DNA of 64,000 nt from Candidatus Obscuribacteraceae bacterium. GTDB taxonomy: Bacteria > Cyanobacteriota > Vampirovibrionia > Obscuribacterales > Obscuribacteraceae. Positions 60,003-64,000 of this stretch are shown piece by piece. Within the stretch, counting starts at the first letter, position 1. The number at the start of each line of letters is the position of its first letter. Under the pieces are notes generated by a model. That model made no database searches. It was given only the letters and a program-made list of their open reading frames with translations, and was not told the origin of the DNA. The stretch is from NCBI GenBank assembly GCA_044229845.1, contig JBGASG010000001.1, forward strand, positions 512,001-576,000, read 5' to 3'. A program made the position numbers and the translations under genes.

Positions 60003-60825
60003 GCATTACCTCCCTCGATTGTGTCATACCGTCTTTGAATACCGAGAACTTGAAGCTGGGCTGAATCAACGCAACGCCACCCAGTCCCGCTTCACAGCGG
60101 ATGGCGGCGCCGATGTCGAACTGAAAGCGCGCGTAGCAACCCCAACCTTCAGCCTGTTGCTGTTGTTGGGCATTGTTGTCGCCGCTGGACAGATTGGCGT
60201 CGCGCACCACCATTAGTGCTGACCGCGATTTATCCAAAGAGCGTTGCAAACGCGCATAAACCCGGCTGGGAACGTTGCTGTAAGCCAGCCCCTGCTTGCG
60301 GCTGTCAGTGGGATTAGCGCTGCCGAAATCCAGGATGACGACATCGAAAGCGTTGGAGCGGATAAATTGATCGGCGCTCCAGATGGCTTCTTGTACCAGC
60401 AGTGTTTTGCGTGAAATAAGCGGTACGACCTGCTCGTCGCTGGACGTGCTGCCGCTGCCGGCAGTGGCGGCAGACTTATTATCCGGCGGTCGGACGATCC
60501 AAAATTTGCCGGCATTGGTACCGGCATCGACATCTGCCCAATCGGCAGCCAGCAATTTGCCTTCCGCATCGATGTAGGCAACATTGAGTCCCGACTGGCA
60601 CCAGTTGCGAATAGCAGCGCGCAACAAGGTGGACTTGCCTGAGGATAAAGGTCCGATCCATTCGGTGATGCGGCGACGCGCAATGCCACGCGTCAGTGAT
60701 AAATCTATGCATTCCAGTCCGGTGGTCAGGTTGCGAGTACGCTCGCTGTTTGCGGTCAGCCATTTGCCCGGAAAGAGTTGTTCGAACTGTTGCTTTAAAT
60801 TGGACACGCGCGCTTGCATGTTCAT
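59914..60825 (-). CDS. imuA: RecA-like ImuA
   Basis: TTGLECID, Walker A GPLSSGKST, AYIDAE, FDVVILD; directly upstream of imuB; AAAGG RBS before ATG at 60825. Confidence 0.78.
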   Translation of the reverse strand: MNMQARVSNLKQQFEQLFPGKWLTANSERTRNLTTGLECIDLSLTRGIARRRITEWIGPLSSGKSTLLRAAIRNWCQSGLNVAYIDAEGKLLAADWADVDAGTNAGKFWIVRPPDNKSAATAGSGSTSSDEQVVPLISRKTLLVQEAIWSADQFIRSNAFDVVILDFGSANPTDSRKQGLAYSNVPSRVYARLQRSLDKSRSALMVVRDANLSSGDNNAQQQQQAEGWGCYARFQFDIGAAIRCEAGLGGVALIQPSFKFSVFKDGMTQSREVMLECSTANRLFTHPQVRDRRTSKTRSRAQR

Positions 60826-60969
60826 TGGATTACCTTTCTGTTGCGAATGAATCCCAGGCATGACGAGTTCGCCCACACACACACTCGAAAACAGAGAGTG
60901 CGCAGAGCCGACCGCCATGGGAGCCCATGACCGTTGGATTTGCAGTGATTTCTTGCTGCTACTATTTAG

Positions 60970-60992
60970 CCATACGAGTGTATGGGCGTCAA
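60970..60992 (-). promoter_or_regulatory. Promoter region of imuA-imuB with palindrome CCATAC-N4-GTATGG (candidate SOS box)
   Basis: Minus strand reads TTGACGCC-CATAC-ACTC-GTATGG; -10 element less clear. Confidence 0.55.
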
Positions 60993-61175
60993 CTAGGAAA
61001 AGCCCCAAAACTCACTTTTTATCTTCGGAATAAAAGCGACTGTGTGGGGATTCTACGGATGACAAGCGATATGTCATTCGTATAGCCTAACGTCAACAAA
61101 ATATGGGCGGTTCGCATCTATCTATAAGGATGTGAACGGAAACTTTTGATTGGTGTTTGCTTAGAGGACTTGCGG

Positions 61176-62678
61176 ATGTCCGTAGCGATAAAAGAGCGTC
61201 CCGCGGCGGTAGTTGATACTGCTTCGGCAGAACTGATCTCAGCCAGCACCAAAATCGGTGCCGGTATGCAAATCGGCATCGGTGCCTTTGGTGCCTGGGC
61301 GCTGGGCGTTTCTTCCAACATCGGTTCGATGGCGTTTCTCTTCCACGGCTGCATGATCGCTTCGGGCGGACCGCTGGCTTCGGTGCTGGCGTGGACCATC
61401 GCCGCCTGCATGGCTTTGCCACTGGCCCTGGTGCTTGCCGAATTGTCGTCCATGTTTCCGTCGGCCGGCGGACCTTACGTCTACAAGTATTTCGCCCTCA
61501 AAAGGCTGGTGCCTGGCATGGGCGAATGCCTCGGTTTCCTCACCGGCTGGATCTTTTTCGTCTACCTGATTTCGGGCTATGCCTGCATGTCCAACGGTCT
61601 GGTCAACATGCTGAGCAATGCTATCTGGGGCGCGCCTCAGGCATCTCCACTCTGGTTCGGACCGGCGGTCATTATCGGTTTGTTCGGAAGTCTCACCGGG
61701 TTGAATTTGATGCAGGTCAAAGAGGCGAGCCGGCTCAATAACGTTTTCACCCTGCTAAAAGTCGCGGCTGTCCTGGCTTTCATCGGACTGGCACTGAATT
61801 GCCGGACGATGAGCTTCACCAACATTCTCTCCGTCAGCAACCTCAGTGGCGGCAGTAATCTGTTCGCCAATATTGCCGTAGTTCTGCCGCTGGCCATGGC
61901 TGGTTTCTCCGGGATCGAAATGGTCGGCTGCACCGCATCTGAAACCAAAGACGCCCGCAAAAGCGTACCGTCAGCGATTCTTCGCACGGTCCTGACAATC
62001 GCCATGATCTACATAACTATGTGTGTCGCTACATCCATAATTACGCCTTATGCATTGAGTGCCGACAAGACCATGGCAGTGGTGCCGGGCACGCATGTGA
62101 TCGCCACCGCTCCTGCTCTGGCTGAATTTCTGGGTGGTAAAGCCTGGGGTCTGGCGCTCACCATCGGCGTGATCATGTCAATCTTCAGCTGTGGTTTCTG
62201 CGGGCTTTTGGCGGCGGCGCGCACCAGTATGTCGATGGCGCAGACCGGGCTGTTTCCAGCGCAATTCGCCAAACTAGACAGCCGGACACGCGTCCCGAAA
62301 TACGCGTTGATTTTTCAGCTGGTCTTGCTGTGCGCCACCGGCTGTGGTGCCTTCCTGTTGGCTCGCCTAGGGGTGGTCCCGGATGCCTATAGTTTTCTGG
62401 GCGGTGCCTGCGGCTTCATTTATGGCGTGCTGGCTATGCTGTATGGCGTCTGTCTGATTGGACTTCGATACACCGATCCGACCATGCCGCGTCCTTTTCG
62501 GCTCGGACGCTCCGGCAATGCCGTTGCCTGGCTTTTCGCGCTTGGCTCGTTCGCTGTATTTGGTTTTGTCGCCTTCGGTTGCTCGCAGCTCTCCCACGAA
62601 ATCGCGGGGCTGGTGCTGCTTCTTTCCGGCCTACCTATATATGGCTATTACCGCTGGCGCGCCAGGTCGGCTGGCTAA
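61176..62678 (+). CDS. APC family amino acid permease
   Basis: AELSSMFPSAGGPYVY, FSGIE, ETKDARKSVP, RPFR; about 12 TM segments. Confidence 0.92.
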   Translation: MSVAIKERPAAVVDTASAELISASTKIGAGMQIGIGAFGAWALGVSSNIGSMAFLFHGCMIASGGPLASVLAWTIAACMALPLALVLAELSSMFPSAGGPYVYKYFALKRLVPGMGECLGFLTGWIFFVYLISGYACMSNGLVNMLSNAIWGAPQASPLWFGPAVIIGLFGSLTGLNLMQVKEASRLNNVFTLLKVAAVLAFIGLALNCRTMSFTNILSVSNLSGGSNLFANIAVVLPLAMAGFSGIEMVGCTASETKDARKSVPSAILRTVLTIAMIYITMCVATSIITPYALSADKTMAVVPGTHVIATAPALAEFLGGKAWGLALTIGVIMSIFSCGFCGLLAAARTSMSMAQTGLFPAQFAKLDSRTRVPKYALIFQLVLLCATGCGAFLLARLGVVPDAYSFLGGACGFIYGVLAMLYGVCLIGLRYTDPTMPRPFRLGRSGNAVAWLFALGSFAVFGFVAFGCSQLSHEIAGLVLLLSGLPIYGYYRWRARSAG

Positions 62679-62687
62679 AAAGCGGTC

Positions 62688-63053
62688 CTATTTGCAGCAT
62701 TCCGAACAGCTTTTGCAGCTGGCTATGCACGCATCCAGTTTTTTGTCGTTGGCGGCTTTACAGGCTTCCATGCACTTCTGGCAGGCCGCCACACAAAGCT
62801 CGTTTGCTTGCGACAGTAGTGGCGAATTGCGTTTTTTCAAATCTTCGGCGAGCTGGCAAATTTGTGCGCAGTCTTCTGTTGCTTTCCGGACGGCTGCGTA
62901 CTGTGCTCCCTTCTTGCCTTTGGCATAGGCGAGGACTTGCTTGCACTGAGCGGCGCATTCATGGCAGTTGATTTCACACTTGTCGGCACCTAAGACTGCC
63001 GGACCAGTCGCTAGCGAAAATAAGAGGGATGCCAGAGCGACAGTTTTTCTCAT
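62688..63053 (-). CDS. Cys-rich four-helix-bundle copper-storage-like protein (Csp/DUF326) with signal peptide
   Basis: 15 Cys in CxxC/CxxxC helical spacing; hydrophobic N-terminus. Confidence 0.75.
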   Translation of the reverse strand: MRKTVALASLLFSLATGPAVLGADKCEINCHECAAQCKQVLAYAKGKKGAQYAAVRKATEDCAQICQLAEDLKKRNSPLLSQANELCVAACQKCMEACKAANDKKLDACIASCKSCSECCK

Positions 63054-63219
63054 TGAGCATGTCCTCGCTGCATGGTTTCTCCACTAGTTATACCCTATTG
63101 AACGGTTCGCTAAGGCATGTGCGGGTAACTAACAGCCGTCAGGTGGGCTTTTCACCCGATGAAACTTTTGCACGCTCGTCCCGTCAGAGCAACCGATGAG
63201 TTGAGAGGTTACCATTACA

Positions 63220-63639
63220 ATGACAATTCGAGAAGAACATGTAGTCGTCGAAGACTACACACCGATTTCAGAGCGAGTGCGCAACTCCTCCAACGTCGGT
63301 ATTACTTTGCTTGCACTGCTAGTCGTAGTGGCTGTCGCCATCACTGCATTTTTCTTTGCGCAATCGAATCATGATTCTCAAAGTCGGCTCCTGCAGCAGG
63401 AAACGCAAAACCGCTTGCTCGATCAACTGAGCCAACCAAAGCCGGCTGAAGTGCAGCCAGCTCCGCAGGTGATTCAGACACCGCCGCAAGTAATACAAGT
63501 GCCTGTGCCGCATGAAGTGAAAGTGCCGACTCCCGTCTATGTCCCGACACCGGCAGCGCAACCTGCTCAGCCAGCTCAACCAGCGCCCCAACCGGCGCAG
63601 CCGAGCGAACCGGCATCGCAAACCGAACCAGCTCAATAA
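63220..63639 (+). CDS. Single-TM Pro/Gln-rich hypothetical protein
   Basis: GAGG RBS; one TM helix; QPA repeats. Confidence 0.65.
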   Translation: MTIREEHVVVEDYTPISERVRNSSNVGITLLALLVVVAVAITAFFFAQSNHDSQSRLLQQETQNRLLDQLSQPKPAEVQPAPQVIQTPPQVIQVPVPHEVKVPTPVYVPTPAAQPAQPAQPAPQPAQPSEPASQTEPAQ

Positions 63640-63706
63640 GCAAGTACAAGTTACCGAGTAGGAACAGGGAAGAGCCTGCACCATATCCGGTGCGGGCTCC
63701 TTACTG

Positions 63707-64000
63707 CTAGCCGGCCGGATTGGGGTCGGTTGTCACCGAGATATTTTCTACGTCCGCTTCCATGGGTGTTGTTCCTGGCGTGACTATCGAGACGTCGCCG
63801 CTGATTGGGGGCTTGGTCGGAACTGTCATGACCACGGTGTCGTCCAGAACCCGCTCCGGTTGTTGCTGGTTGGTCAAATGGCTGACGAGGACGTTGATGC
63901 AACACGCCGCGGGCAAAGAGAAAATAATACCCAACATGCCGTCGACGCGGGCACCGACCATGATGGCAACGAAAATCAAAATTGGGTGCACACCAATGAC
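63707..64000 (-). CDS. AI-2E family transporter, C-terminal part (start outside window)
   Basis: IGVHPILIFVAIMVGARVDGMLGIIFSLPAAC matches the AI-2E/PerM C-terminal motif. Confidence 0.75.
   Translation of the reverse strand, partial: VIGVHPILIFVAIMVGARVDGMLGIIFSLPAACCINVLVSHLTNQQQPERVLDDTVVMTVPTKPPISGDVSIVTPGTTPMEADVENISVTTDPNPAG

Noticed and set aside
60826..61008. N-terminal extension of imuA given in the ORF track
   Set aside because: It overlaps the predicted promoter and operator; a better RBS precedes ATG at 60825
61059..61077. ATGACA-N7-TGTCAT dyad upstream of the amino acid permease
   Set aside because: Single occurrence; half-site orientation is opposite to the GlnR/TnrA box; cannot be distinguished from chance

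Overview
A gene-dense bacterial chromosomal window of moderately high GC. The abundance of signal-peptide and TPR hypothetical proteins suggests Vampirovibrionia (Melainabacteria, Obscuribacterales-like), but this is inference only. No rRNA, tRNA or CRISPR-cas locus was recognised. Contents in order: (i) a divergent ~9.6 kb lipid or small-molecule biosynthesis-like cluster (ICMT-like methyltransferase, LolA-like protein and heme-oxygenase-like enzyme on the minus strand; Cys-nucleophile alpha/beta-hydrolase, enolase-superfamily enzyme, GH3 acyl-amido synthetase, three extended SDRs and an Mpo1/DUF962 protein on the plus strand); (ii) ydeP/fdhF-like and fdhD, clostripain-family protease, thioredoxin, fumC, an AmmeMemoRadiSam B-A fusion, a GS-like plus amidohydrolase pair, 2-oxoacid:ferredoxin oxidoreductase, guaD, hpt, acyl-CoA ligase and a B12 radical SAM; (iii) the most unusual segment, 48.7-50.5 kb: an orphan AbiEi/DUF6088-like gene preceded by about 7 degenerate ~30-bp palindromes, the last of which is split by a 319-bp internally deleted IS200/IS605 element that keeps both ends and the tnpB 3' (omega-RNA) region; (iv) a split mutasome (dnaE2 converging on imuA-imuB, separated by two paralogous ~750-aa beta-rich lipoproteins) whose two promoters share a CATAC-N4-GTATG palindrome, a candidate SOS/LexA box.
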